A stretch of 61,064 nt of DNA, the filler included, from Bipalium vagum (Eukaryota), in NCBI GenBank assembly GCA_037834085.1. It is 3 parts of 3 records of this genome, joined end to end, with 100 filler letters (N's around TTAATTAATTAA, not from the genome) between each part and the next. Parts side by side here need not be neighbours in the genome. Positions count along the whole stretch, not along the records: positions 1 to 22,751 come from JBBMKC010217132.1; 2 more parts are not named here. One strand, 5' to 3'. Below, piece by piece: positions 1-12,351 of the stretch (positions are counted from its first letter, which is position 1; every line of letters starts with the position of its first letter). The position numbers and the translations under genes are program-made. The notes beneath the pieces are model-generated. The model was not told the origin of the DNA. It was given only the letters and a program-made list of their open reading frames with translations, and ran no database searches.

Positions 1-42
1 AAATTGATGATAGTATCATCAATTTTTATGGCATACTTAGAG

Positions 43-45
<3 letters not shown>

Positions 46-77
<32 letters not shown>
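46..77. repeat. (TA)n microsatellite
   Basis: Direct TA dinucleotide run. Confidence 0.95.
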
Positions 78-79
<2 letters not shown>

Positions 80-249
80 TATATAATTTAAATAACAGTT
101 TAATTTAAAAGTATGAGAAAATGAAAAAAACCAATTAGTTAATAAGAACTGTGCGATTATTAAAAATATTTACTTTTATAAAGGTAAAGCGCGAGTGCAG
201 TTGAAAAAGAATTCAAATAATTGCTTCCTTACAGATGCATTTCAAATAG

Positions 250-1200
250 AATTGTAGCAAAATTCATAAGAAGCTCCAACAAAGGACAATTTTCCATAAC
301 GGATAAGCGAGGTAGTAACAAAGAAAATACCACAAAAAGAAATTTACGATATAAACCTCTATAAAAAAATAAAAGTCATCATAAACATACAAAAAACCAT
401 GAAAAAAATAATCAGCGAAAATAACATTACAGCAACTAACAGAAAAGACAAAAAAATACAATGACAAAAAAACGATTAAAAAAAGTACAACATAAAAACC
501 ATAAGGAAGTTTAATATTTAAAAACTAAAATTGTTGAACGGGATCTACACCAACTATTGTGACTCTACTACAAGATAAAATCATCTTTATTGTTTTATAA
601 AAAAGAGTTTTAAAGATAATCAACTTAGTTAAATCATACATAGAATTTAATATAGAAAAAAGAAGAGAATCTAAAATAAATAAAGATGGATTTGGTGAGA
701 TAAACAATAGATAGTTTCAGATGATAATAAATTTCAATAATGTGCTTCTAAATTAATATTTGAAAGAAGTAAAATATTTCTTGAAGATTTAATAGTTTGT
801 AGTTTAAAAGATCTGCAATATTACTTGATACATTTAAATATGTTGGATATTTTGCATTAGAATATTCTAAATTAAATATGTATAATTTTAGTTAAAATGT
901 ATTAAAATAGATAATTCCAGGAAAATATAAAATTCATATGGAATAGACATGACCTATTCTAAAATCTAAACAATATCGTTATAGTTACTTAAAAGATAGA
1001 AAGATATTTTATGATGGTAAAGTAAAAGGAATTTAAAAATGTATTTAAAGAGAAATTAAAGAATATTATAAAATTTTAGATAAATCTTCAAATCCTTGTG
1101 TAATTAAAAAAAGATAATTTTGGTTTAAAATTTGCAAACCATAATGTTTATTTATATTCACAAAATAATATTGCTATTTATCTCTTTTATGATTGAATAA
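250..1200 (+). pseudogene. Decayed Polinton/Maverick-type protein-primed DNA polymerase B (C-terminal part)
   Basis: Short + frames read LVKSYIEFNIEKRRESKINKDGFGE (~625-699) and ILLDTFKYVGYFALEYSKLNMYNF (~819-890). These resemble the pPolB motifs 'KPYIDFNTEKR' and 'KPIYVGF.ILELSKL.MY.F'. Many stops and frameshifts; boundaries approximate. Confidence 0.65.
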
Positions 1201-1341
1201 TTGAAGACAATTGATATGTTACATCATAAAATGGGAAATATTTATTAATTATATTTATAAATTAGATGTGAAGTTAATAAAGTCATATTTGTTAAACATA
1301 CATTGAATATAAAGAAAAAAAATATCTATTACATGTAAATA

Positions 1342-1595
1342 CAGTACCTGGCCATTGAAATAGACTCAAACAAAAAATATAGTTTTTTTGACGTAAGAAA
1401 TTAAACCAATTTAATGAAAACCGTTTTGTAGAAATCAATTTTTCTTTACTTTTGAACAAGGTGTCTCTTCGTAGTGTTTGTATTTCAGTCCCCAAACTAG
1501 TCTCTTCTTTATCATGGCCAGAGTTAACTTATGATTTATGGTTATACAATTGTTTGTAAAATAATACCTGAGTCTATTTCAATGGCCAGGTACTG
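1342..1595. mobile_element. Tc1/mariner-type MITE (254 bp)
   Basis: Perfect 27-bp TIRs CAGTACCTGGCCATTGAAATAGACTCA / TGAGTCTATTTCAATGGCCAGGTACTG, flanked by TA on both sides; no ORF. Confidence 0.9.
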
Positions 1596-1899
1596 TATAA
1601 TTATAAATATAACACATGGATATTAAATAGTGGTGAATCAAAATGTATCACTCTTAAAACCAATTAAAGTACTTTATTGAGATACAAATAATTGTAAATC
1701 GTATCACCATATTTAAAATCATAGAAATATTCCCGAAATAAATAATAAAATTAATTTTTATAAATGAGTGGAATAGATAAAAAATATTTTGAGTTAAACA
1801 AAATCTTTTATTTAAAATATGTATAAACTGAAATAGAAAATATAACAAGAAATTCTGTACAAGATATTAATGATTATTTAGAAACGGAATATTTTATTT

Positions 1900-2859
1900 T
1901 CTCTTGGTTAGATTAGTCTTTATTCGTATATTTCAAATCTGGTTCAAAAAAATTAATGAAGGTGACATCCACGTTCCGGTAGACCATTAACTGTGAATGA
2001 AGAAGCGCTACGCAATGTTGCTGAGACAAAATCATCGACTAGCAGTCGAATATTGTGTGCTGATCTAGATATTTCCAAAGCAACAGTTGTTTATCAACTT
2101 AAAGCAATCGGTAAAGTCAACGAACGATGTAGAGAAGTACCTCACGATCTGACCACAAATCAGGCAAAGCGACGTATAAAAACATGTAGAAAGTTATTAG
2201 AAAATCTGCAGGATGATCGTTTTATTAGACAAATTGTAACTTCTGATGAAAAGTGGATACATTTTACCAGTCCTCACAAAAATAATCAGTGGTTGGACCC
2301 TGGGGAAGTGGCAGAACCTGTTCCAAAAAAAGACCGATTCTCACAGAAGACTTTATTGTGGTTTTGGTGGAATTGATTCCAAATACTATATCACTAGACG
2401 CGGAGTTATATTGTGCTCAATTGGATCGAATTTTTCAAAAATTAAAGTTGAAATATACGGCATTGGTCAATCGAAAGCTGGTGGTCTTATAGCAAGATAA
2501 TGCAAAACCATATACTGCCAAGAAAACAATCAGAGAATGTGAATTTATTGAACTTTTACCTTATCCAACATACAGTCCCAATCTTGTCCCATCGGATTAT
2601 CATATTTTTTGATCAATGGTACCTTTTCTCCGAGGGCACAGATTCAATAACTTGGATCAGATCGAAACGACATGTCAAGTGTTTTTAAGGTCCAATCACA
2701 ATGAATGGTACTCACAAGAGATCCAACAACTAGCAGATAGATGGCTTAAAACTATTGATTCAAATGGCCTTTACTTTTAAAGATAATATAATTTTTTTTG
2801 TTTTATTTTGTTTTTTATTATTTTAAATAATAAACGAAATTACTTATGAATCCCTCTAA
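1900..2859 (+). mobile_element. Mariner element, 5'-truncated, frameshifted transposase
   Basis: ORF 1993-2376 contains EVPHDLT and IVTSDEKWI; downstream frames give DNAKPY and YSPNLVPSDYHIF. Mariner-like right end ...TTACTTATGAATCCCTCTAA-TA. Confidence 0.9.
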
Positions 2860-3079
2860 TATAACAGTCTTATATTATATTTATAAATTAGTGGCATTTA
2901 ACAAGTTATATTTGTTAATCTTACATTGAATATAAAGAAATTAAATATTTGTTAAATGAAAATATAATAACTATACCATTAGGATATTAATTTTTAAATT
3001 TACAAAATGGTGAATGAAAAATGTAATATTGATAAAAGTGAAGCTATAAAAATAAGTTTACTTTTCTGTATAAACAGTA

Positions 3080-3470
3080 GAATGTCATAAATATTTTCAA
3101 ATAAAACCAATTACAAAAAAAATAAATAATTATAAATGTTGTCACAAAACCCATCTTAAAACTCAGAAAATTTTATGAAATAGAATATAATATAATGATT
3201 ATCATAAAAATAGAAAACGTGAAAAGACTGTTAAAATTCAAACAAAATTTATATACTCACTTAAATAGAGTTTTAAGGTAACAATCAGAATACGGATATT
3301 TAAAAACATTATTAGATGTAGTTTTGATTTTCTAATTAATTGGTTTCGATTCCAATTTTATGATTCTATACATTCGAAAAATCTAGAAAAATACTGGCAT
3401 ATATATCATGTTTTACTCATTTCAAATTTTAATTTAGATAATAAAATACATAAAATATTGTTATAATTGG
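3080..3470. repeat. Dispersed repeat, homologous to ~22060-22420 (probably Polinton-derived)
   Basis: Collinear shared blocks ATAAATATTTTCAAATAAAACCA, TCACAAAACCCATCTTAAAA, ATAATGATTATCATA.AAATAGAAAACG and AAAAATACTGGCATATA. Confidence 0.75.
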
Positions 3471-3769
3471 AGAAATTTTGTACCTTTATCCAAAAGAGTT
3501 TATCAAAAAGTAATAAAGTTGATTATTGACAAAATATCTTTCAGGAAATTAAAGCAAAATATTTTATAAAGGAGTATAAAAAGGAAACAATAATCTTTAA
3601 CAAGTTTTTAAAGTGATTAATTCATTTTCACTATTTTTTTCTACTTTATTTTTTCTTAATTTCTTTTTATCTTATATAAATTATTTCCCATATTAAACAT
3701 TTTACCATCCTCTTTACTCATTTTTTAATTCTTCTTGTTAAAAATATTCATTATTCCTTTAATATATTA

Positions 3770-3960
3770 ATCTTATCACCAAGAAATTCATTGGGTTGGA
3801 TATTATAAAATATTTTATTTTGATTCTTATGGTTTAACTCCACTTGAAAATTTAGAAAAATATGTTGAAAAATATAATAAAATTTTATTTTCAAAATGAA
3901 ACGGATATAGATTAATATGGATAATTAACTTTATGTTTTATATCAATCATACAATAAAAT
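3770..3960 (+). pseudogene. Adenain-like (Polinton PRO) cysteine protease remnant
   Basis: Frame from ~3787 reads IHWVGYYKIFYFDSYGLTPLENLEKY, matching the HWV...YFDS(Y/F)G..P motif. The downstream Q...CG region is interrupted by stops. Confidence 0.65.
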
Positions 3961-4531
3961 TTTTGAAGACATTTTAGAAGAGTTTGAGTTGCTATTTTAG
4001 AGAAGTTAAAAAATATATTATAAATAAGAAAATATAAAATAATTCTAATAATTATTAATTTATGTAGAAGGTTTGCATTTACAAGTTGAAGAAAAATAAA
4101 AAATTTAGAAAAAATAATTATTGAGCATCTCAGTATATTATTTAAATTAAATTTAACTTTAAATGTATTGAAATTAAAATTTCAGTTTTTTGTGTAAATT
4201 ATTAATTATCAGTTACAAATTTTCAAACAATCTAATTTTCATATTTGCTTTGTATAACCTTTATATATTTTGAGAAATTAAAAATTATAATGAATTAAAA
4301 TTAAATTAATTTTAGAAAGAGAAAATTTATTAAATATTATATTTTTGTCATATTATTTATTCGAAAACTTTAAATTTAAAATCTTAATTTTTTTAATCTA
4401 CAAATGCCTAGTCCAACTCTTGTTTTAATGTTCTAAACCGAATAGAAACTGAAGGTCATTGTGAAAGGTAAATATTAATATTAGTGGTTTCCGATAATCA
4501 ATTGATTTCCGCCTCAATTTTTGACAGAAAA

Positions 4532-7173
4532 ATGTTTGTACAGAAGAAAGTGAACTACTCAGAGAAACTGAAGTCTAAATTTTCAATGTATGAAAAAATA
4601 TTCGTTGTCAATGCAGACAACGTATCCAGTCAGCAGATGCAAAACGTAAGAAAGGAATTGAGAGGCACGGCCGAAATCGTAATGGGTAAGAATACGATGA
4701 TGAAGTTCGTCATCACGAGGATCAAGACCTCTAATCCAGATCTGTTGAAACTGTTTCCTCATTTGAAGGGAAACGTCGGGTTTGTTTTCACCAATGGTGA
4801 TCTGAATGCTGTGAAAGACATCTTACTGTCTCAAAAGGTTCAGGCGCCTGCCAAGGCCGACACAATCGCGCCCGTCAGTGTAACGGTACCAAAGCAGCTG
4901 ACAACGCTTGGTCCGGAAAAAACATCGTTTTTTCAAGTAAAAATTAAGAGATGCTTTGACTAAAGAAACGGAAAAGTAACTTCCTTCCCCCGACTTTCAG
5001 GCGTTACAAATCCCTACGAAAATCACACGAGGCACAATCGAAATAATCAACGACGTTGATTTGATTAAGGCTGGCGATGTTGTGAAGCAGTCGGAGGCTC
5101 AGCTTTTGCAAATGTTGAAGATTTATCCGTTTCAATACGGCCTGAAAATCCAGCAAATTTACGAAAATGTGATCTCAGTTTTCGTTTCTCCGTTTCACCA
5201 TCAATGATTGATTTTTTGTAGGGCTCCTGTTACAGTCCAGACGCTCTCGACATCACTGAGGACGACATCGTCCAGGGATTCATGACAAGCGTTCAAAAGG
5301 TGGCAAGTGTTTCTCTAGCTCTCAATCGCTGCACGCTGGCCTCAGTGCCTCACATTATTGCCAACACAATCAAAGCCGTCATTGGGCTGTCGGTGGTGGC
5401 TGACTACAATCTCAAAGAAGCCGAGAAAGTGAGACTTCTTTAATAAGTAAAAAATTAAACGAAAAGTATTGTTGCTATTTTTTTAATCAAAATTCTATAA
5501 ATTTTTACCAAAAAAACTTATTTAATCACAATAATCACCATTCGCAAACTTTCCCATGGATTTTCGATTTGACGTATATTGTGTTTGAAAAAGATTCGAC
5601 GAAAGAGACAAATTAGTTTATGGGTAACTTCTCGGTTGGTGAACGTTTCGCAGAATTTAATTCAGGCTCTGGATTCCCCAAAATTGTAACCTTTATGAGA
5701 TATATCTCAGGAGCGAGGTGGATGAGATAATGTTTCGTAACCGAGTTCCTTTAATTCTTGGAGATTTATTTTGGCAAGATTCAGCCAAGAATTATGCAAA
5801 GAATAGTCAATCTATTTTAATTTTTGTATCATTTTTTTTAATGGAAAACATCGAATTGTTAATAATAGGATTCTGAAGTGATACTTTCTATAGATCCCAA
5901 AAAATCATAATAAAAACTATTATTTCTTGACCACCAGACTCTTACAAAACTGTTTTTACAACATGTCGAGTTAAAATTCAACGAATGAGGTAAATATGTT
6001 TTCTGGCCAACTTCTCTGTTTTTGAAATTCAGGCCTAAGTAAAGATAGTAATCGGTAGGAGACACCTAAAGATTAAGGTGGTTCATGTAATGTTTCTTAA
6101 CCCGATTCCTGTAATTTGTGAAACGTTTTTAGGTGACATGCGCCAGAGCATTGTCGAGCAAAGATGAAATATCTTCGAGATACAGTAATGATGCTTTTTT
6201 CCACAGTGATGCTACCAAACAATAATCAGTAATTTTTTGGAACTTATTTCTCTCTTTGTGCTTGACAAAATCTTTTCAGTCAATCACGAGAACGTTTACA
6301 GTTATCATATAATATCCATTTCTTATCACCGCTATTTATTCTTCATTTGGTTCTTCACATTAAAGACAAACAAATGGGACAACGCTGAATTTTTCGTCTA
6401 AATAAATGATGAACTTATTCTTTGGAATATTTTTGACTTTCTAATTTGTCATAGATGGCCCGTAGAAAGTTGTATGGTTAACATCTATTTATCTCTGCAA
6501 GTAAACGAATTGATTTTTGACTCAATGAGAGATTGTAAAACATTTGTCAATGCTAGGTGGTGGTCTGCTCAGAGATTAAGTTTTCTATATATTCATTTTG
6601 GAGCCTTGAATCTCCAGAAGAAAATAGTTTGTGCCAAAGTTAACAATATTGTTTATTATTGAAATATGTCTCCCTGAATAATTAATAATTTGTCTCTGCA
6701 GCCTGAGATGAATTTATTTTTAATTTATACTCATACAATAGGCATATTAGGGTTTTAATGTGTTGTTATGGTTCTTGAAAATACACTATATTATTCAAAC
6801 AAGACTAAATTGTTGAAACAACGTTTTGACATAATTAACGAAGATTTTCAAGAAGTGCTTTTTAAACTAAAACATCATTCGAATTGTTACTATTTTTCCT
6901 TAAAATATGAAAAATAAATAAGACAATACTTTTCTCTCAACATGATAAATGCTGCAATGATAAACGATTGAACCATTCCTCTGTATCTTACATTCATAGA
7001 TCAAGGATTTTCTCAAAGATCCATCGAAATTTGTCACCACCGTTTCCGACACCGTTGGCACTGCTTCTGACAATTTGAAAGCATCCAGTGAAGCTGCGGA
7101 AAAGGCTCAGGCCAAGCCCGAAACGCCCGAGGACAGCGAAGAAAGCGACATCGGCATGGGCCTGTTTGATTGA
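4532..7173 (+). CDS. RPLP0: 60S acidic ribosomal protein P0 (uL10)
   Basis: Coding exons 4532-4936, 5001-5168, 5222-5428, 7000-7173, all GT-AG and in frame. Motifs [38 protein letters not shown] and C-terminal [12 protein letters not shown]. Probable 5'UTR intron 4468-4527. Confidence 0.96.
5600..6200 (-). mobile_element. Two tandem decayed mariner transposase C-terminal fragments in RPLP0 intron
   Basis: Minus strand reads [16 protein letters not shown] (~5715-5770) and, across a frameshift, [31 protein letters not shown] (~6030-6165), i.e. mariner HDNA...HPPYSPDLAPSDY. Confidence 0.75.
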
Positions 7174-8269
7174 TTAAAACCACGTTGATAATATTTTTGT
7201 AGGACTCAGTGTTGTTTTATCTTGTTATGCTTAGATCGCGTCTTAATTCTCTGTATTATTTGTTTTATTAATTGACTTTTTATTGATTTTTTTCATTGAT
7301 TTTATATATTTCGATTGAGATTGATATAAAATCACACCTAGGACATTAAATATCCCGAAATTTTTGGAAACTTTTCCCAACTGACAAAAATGACGGCATC
7401 GTCTCGAATATATACATTGATTTTTATATTTTGTACTGAGTATCGATTTGTTTTATTATTATTAGAAAATATTACGTTTCTCAACTTGAAAATTTTGATC
7501 GATTTTAATTGTCTTCTAGTATTATCGATTTTTTCGATTTTCATATTTTGATTGAGGCATTGATCTTTATTTGTTCGACAATCACAAAAACAGGGAAAAC
7601 TATTTTTCGAAATTTGAAGTGATTTTTGTTGAAACCTTTCCATTTTAAAGTAAGATAGTTATCGATTTTTTATGTTTTTAATCTACGATGGAGATAAAGT
7701 TTTTCATTTAGTTCAACATTGATTGATATATGAAATCATTCAAGCAGAAAGTAGTTTGTCTCTTTTGGAAGGAACGATCGTAGCTTCACTTTGTTATTCT
7801 TTAATTGTTAATTGATGGGCTTCATCAGCTGAAAGAATTGACCAAATTTTTATGAATTGATTTAATTTTTCCCTCCAGGTTTTATCCGATTTTTTAATTG
7901 TTTTTTTTATTTTGAGATATTTTAATGCTTATCAGTCAACATTAAAGATAATTGATGACATTTGAATATATATTTTTCTTTTCTCGAACTCAAAATCTAA
8001 CTTTTTCATCGATATTTTTATTTTTCGAAAGATATATTGTTTTTGCTCAAAATGGATTCTAACACTCTGGTCCAGGAAAGGTAACATTTCAAGCCCAGGA
8101 GAATGATCACTTTGAACTTTTTTGAATCAAACTAAACCGGTAAGAAATTTTTCATAATTTTTAATTCTTTTCATTTGGAGTTTTTTTCACTTTCCAATTT
8201 TCTATTAATATCTGAGATTATTCTTATACAAATTTATGTGTTTGTAATTTCATAGATATTTACATAAAT

Positions 8270-8630
8270 ATTGAGAGCTAATCTTAAGTTCTGCATGAAT
8301 TCATGAAAATAAGACTAAAATGACCCAAAATGTTTTACTGTTTTTAAGATTAATACATTTTTGCGTGCATTCAAATCAAATTTAAAACAGTTTTTCCTCT
8401 CAAGAACTATTGCGGGTGAAATATCTGTATTGAGTGCATCTACTGCCTCTTCTGATGAGTTGGATCGTTTATTCTTAATCTTAGGAAATTTAAAGAAGTC
8501 GTAGTGACTCAGTTTTGGTTCCAATAAATCGATATTTTGAGAAGCTTAAAATTCACTAGTTGTTTTAGCATTATGTTGTTCTTGCATTATCATAGTGAAG
8601 GATAATTTTTCGCTACTGTTTCTTCTTCGG
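8270..8630 (-). mobile_element. Mariner relic
   Basis: Minus frames give ..DNARTT.. and HYDFFKFPKIKNK..SSEEAVDA, the mariner transposase C-terminus. Confidence 0.7.
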
Positions 8631-9059
8631 AGTACTGAAAAGAATTTAATAAGTAATTAATTAAATATTTCATTTATTAATAAGAAATGGTAAAGTGCAA
8701 TTTTATTTATTATAATAATTTTAATTTTAAATTTCCAAATTAAGAAAATATTGTAAAGATTTTCTAATTTAAAAATTTTAATTGAGAATTTTAAAACCAT
8801 GGCACATTTTAATAATTTAATCTAAAGCATAATTAAAAAAAAGTCTTAATTATTATATAATTAAAAATATAATTATTTTCAGTTGACCATATTTGATTTT
8901 AATTAAAATTATATAAATTTTTTAATTAAAAATATTTTAAATAAATATTTTTATGTAATGATGGTAATTTAATTTATGATTATCAATGATCTTAACCTGC
9001 AGCAATTAAATTAAATTAGTTTAAATTATTATTATTATTATTATTCATTAAATTCAATT

Positions 9060-10640
9060 ATGATAATAAGTAACGAGTTAATCTGCGCTATCTGCTTGAA
9101 TGAGGTTGACAAATACATTCACGTTACGACGGGAAAATGTCGCCATACGTTTTGCATCAAATGTCTGCAACAGTGGTGCAAACTAAACTCCACTTGTCCA
9201 CTAGACCGCAATGAAATCGACCATCTTTACGTTTCCGACGCTGGAAGACCGAAAGCGGAAACCGTCACCATGGAAATGTTTACTTATCCGAAGGAAACTG
9301 CGAATATCATTAATTTTATCAAAGTTTTGAAGGAAAAATACCATTTGACAATGAAGAAAATTGTCAACATAAAATTAAATTTTCAGGATAACATAAGATG
9401 TATAAAGAAAGATTTTGAGAGTTATCCAAAGGAAATATTTCAACAATGGTTAAACAATGATTGTGAATCGTCAACGGTCTCAATAAAAGGTTTCTTTACA
9501 AGATTTTCCCCGACTGTTCAGAATTGCTTAGGAATATTTATAAACAGTGAACCTGAAATTACAAATGTTACAGACGAGATCAAAGAGTACCTAGAGTTAA
9601 TGGGCGAAAAAAAATTTTTGTGGAGATACCTCAACGAAATTAAAAAACTTGAAATGGTGTTCTTTAATTTGTTACAGGTTTCTCGTCTCTTTTTTTATCT
9701 CAACCAAATCTTCTCTTCTTTTGAAATGATTAATCGATTGAATTACACAGGGTCGGTCAAAGATAAAATAGAAATCAGAACTTCGTTTGAAGAACTTTCC
9801 GAAATAGAAGTCATTGGTAATTTATTGGTAGAATATTTTGCCTTTGTAAAGCTCATTGCTCTGAACTTCTCGGAAACATCTGAAAAAGATCTGGAGTTGC
9901 TCCAAAGCTCATCCGAAAACTGTTTTCTTTGCGATACCTTATTGGAGATACAATTTATTCCGGAAATGTTTAATTGTCATGAACACAGGATATGTATTGG
10001 TTGCATTCGACGCTTTTGTATGACGAGATCAGTTTGTAAATGTGATAAAGAGAGTATTTATAACAGGAATGGAGAACGTGATACGATTCCTGGTCCTTGG
10101 CTGATAGGGGATCAGAAAGACACTCTAATTGGGTCAATTGACCTTATGATTGAGTCGACCATCTTTACAACAAAAAAGTTGGAGAACATTATACAAGAAG
10201 AATTGGAAAACCAATATCAATTTGACAACGAATCCGTTTTCTTGAGATTTAGGTCGCATTATCTGACACTTTCGAAAATGTTTTTGCGATATTTTTTCTG
10301 CTTCTATAAATTTGAAGAAAGTGAAGACAATCTTGAGAAACAATCGTGTTTAATAATGTTCAAGTGCTGTATTGATATTATGGACGTGTTTATCAACATG
10401 TTCTATGATGTTACGAAGTTCGAGGTAGTCCTGATTAATGGTAGGAAAACTGTTGCAACAAATGATTTCACTTTAACGAAAATGAAGAGCAACGTTAGGA
10501 CCCAGGTAGGACAAATTCGAAAGAAAATCCAACAAGACATTTTCCAAAATGACGAATTGATGAATTTGGTGATGTCAAATGAAAACGTTGAAGACGTTGT
10601 GGCAAAATTCCGATTGCTGGTCCGGAAACTTATTCTGTGA
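9060..10640 (+). CDS. Intronless RING-finger E3 ligase-like protein (N-terminal C3HC3D RING plus second internal RING-like Cys cluster), 526 aa
   Basis: Uninterrupted ORF. N-terminal CAIC..CRHTFCIKC..W..CPLDR; internal CFLC..CHEHRICIGC..CKCD. Collinear paralog at 14059-15585. Confidence 0.88.
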   Translation: MIISNELICAICLNEVDKYIHVTTGKCRHTFCIKCLQQWCKLNSTCPLDRNEIDHLYVSDAGRPKAETVTMEMFTYPKETANIINFIKVLKEKYHLTMKKIVNIKLNFQDNIRCIKKDFESYPKEIFQQWLNNDCESSTVSIKGFFTRFSPTVQNCLGIFINSEPEITNVTDEIKEYLELMGEKKFLWRYLNEIKKLEMVFFNLLQVSRLFFYLNQIFSSFEMINRLNYTGSVKDKIEIRTSFEELSEIEVIGNLLVEYFAFVKLIALNFSETSEKDLELLQSSSENCFLCDTLLEIQFIPEMFNCHEHRICIGCIRRFCMTRSVCKCDKESIYNRNGERDTIPGPWLIGDQKDTLIGSIDLMIESTIFTTKKLENIIQEELENQYQFDNESVFLRFRSHYLTLSKMFLRYFFCFYKFEESEDNLEKQSCLIMFKCCIDIMDVFINMFYDVTKFEVVLINGRKTVATNDFTLTKMKSNVRTQVGQIRKKIQQDIFQNDELMNLVMSNENVEDVVAKFRLLVRKLIL

Positions 10641-12351
10641 TGTGGTCGATTTCTTTTAAACCTATTATTATTATTATTATTTTAATCAGTAATCAAGTCA
10701 ACAATGGCCAGCACAGCCTTTGTTTTAAAATCTCCAAATACAATTTGATTTCATTGTTATTAATTGTTCCATTACTTAATAACCATAATTGCTGTCAGCG
10801 ATGGCAATGGCTGACATTTATTTATTAACATTGTATACTGAAATTATAATTTTGTGTTATTAAAGCATAATCCAAGTTCGTAATGCGGTTAAAACTCCAC
10901 AGAGATGGTATTTTGTTTAAATTATTATACAAAAATTAAAACATTTTTGTCAATTTTTGGCACTTCTGTGTATTGATTAAAGTATATAAAGCATTTTTAA
11001 AAAATATCTTTCGATGTTTAATGTCACCCAAATAATTTTCGATGTGTTTTATATAATTTGTACCTGTTTTGATAACACTGTGAAATGTCTCTGTTTTGGT
11101 TATTTCTTCATTCAAGGGGTTTACAGAATGTTTTGAATGACCTTGACTTGAAATATTTACAAGAAGTTTTTATGTCGAAGTTCATGACACAAAATGATTA
11201 GAAAAGTTTTTATTTGCCTTCCAAAGTTCACTTAGAATAATGCTTTCTGGTAAGATGTGTTCCTTTTCTATGAAACATAAAATATCAGAATTTCGAAAAA
11301 AAGAAATTATCATGCGTTCATATCCACGTACTTCTGTCCGTCTATTTTTCTGTCTCGTTTTTGCTCTTTTACTTAAAAAGATTCGTCAATTTCAGCAAAT
11401 AAAATAATGTGCTAACTCTCTACATTTCAGGAACCATTCCCATATTACATTCCATTATTATAAGACAAATATTATCTTAACCTTTCCATTATTAAATTTG
11501 ACCGAAATTTGCATTTTTATTACACTTTTTTATATCATCGGAATTTTGAGAGTTCGGAATTATAAAACATTTATTGGTTCAATTAAATTATCAGGGTCAT
11601 AAATTTAGTCCATTTCAATTAAGGTTTAGCTTAATTTATTTGGTGTCAGGGTAAATGCCTTCTTAATCTGTACCCTAATTGTCCAACTTTAGGAACCGAA
11701 ACCACAGAATATAAATCGATTTAAAGATGCTTAAAGAAAATATCATTAAAAGGCATCACTTTTTTCACAACACATCCTTATCAATTGGCACTCTTTATTT
11801 ACATGCTTTATTTTACTTATGTTCCTTTTCATAAAACTAAAAGAATAAGGAAATTGATTTGGGAGAAAAACGGTTTCAGTTTATTATTTTTACCTCCATA
11901 CTCACATTTTTAAAACCCCATTGAAAATATATTTTTAAAATAAAAGGAATTTGTAGAAAATAAAGAATCTTCAAGGAAACTTATAAATAGTGGGTCAAGG
12001 CTTATTACAAGTGAAGGTTGCTTCGGTTTCTATGGCAATATAGCTCCAAAATGTTTGAACAAGGAAAATATTAATGAATAAATGTATTTGTGTTTGAATT
12101 TTTTGTTTTTTTAACGTTATATACCTGTTGTAAATAACATTTTGTGAAAATTGAATTTTACAAAATCAAAATTAAACCTTACACTATCAAAAATAACCTT
12201 AATGCTGTCAAAATAGAGGTGGTGTTGTTTCAAAATGATTGTCGATAGGGTTCTCTTTAATAAAAAATTTCTTAATGTAAGACCATTTTATATATTTTTG
12301 ACGTTGATTATTAAACTGAAAAAATAATTTACGAAATTATTAAAAGTTATA

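Noticed and set aside
2243-2260. CTGATGA hammerhead/box C cores (also ~8452, ~49797, ~60029)
   Set aside because: Inside transposase relics or AT-rich intron, without the required flanking stems.
5580-6200. Duplicated hairpin-rich units in the RPLP0 intron that looked like H/ACA snoRNAs (CACCTAAAGA/TTTTTAGGTG-ACA)
   Set aside because: Minus-strand translation shows both units are mariner transposase C-terminal relics, which explains the shared motifs.
7338-7643. 101-aa minus-strand ORF downstream of RPLP0
   Set aside because: Low-complexity K/N/I-rich with no recognisable motif; cannot be supported as a gene.
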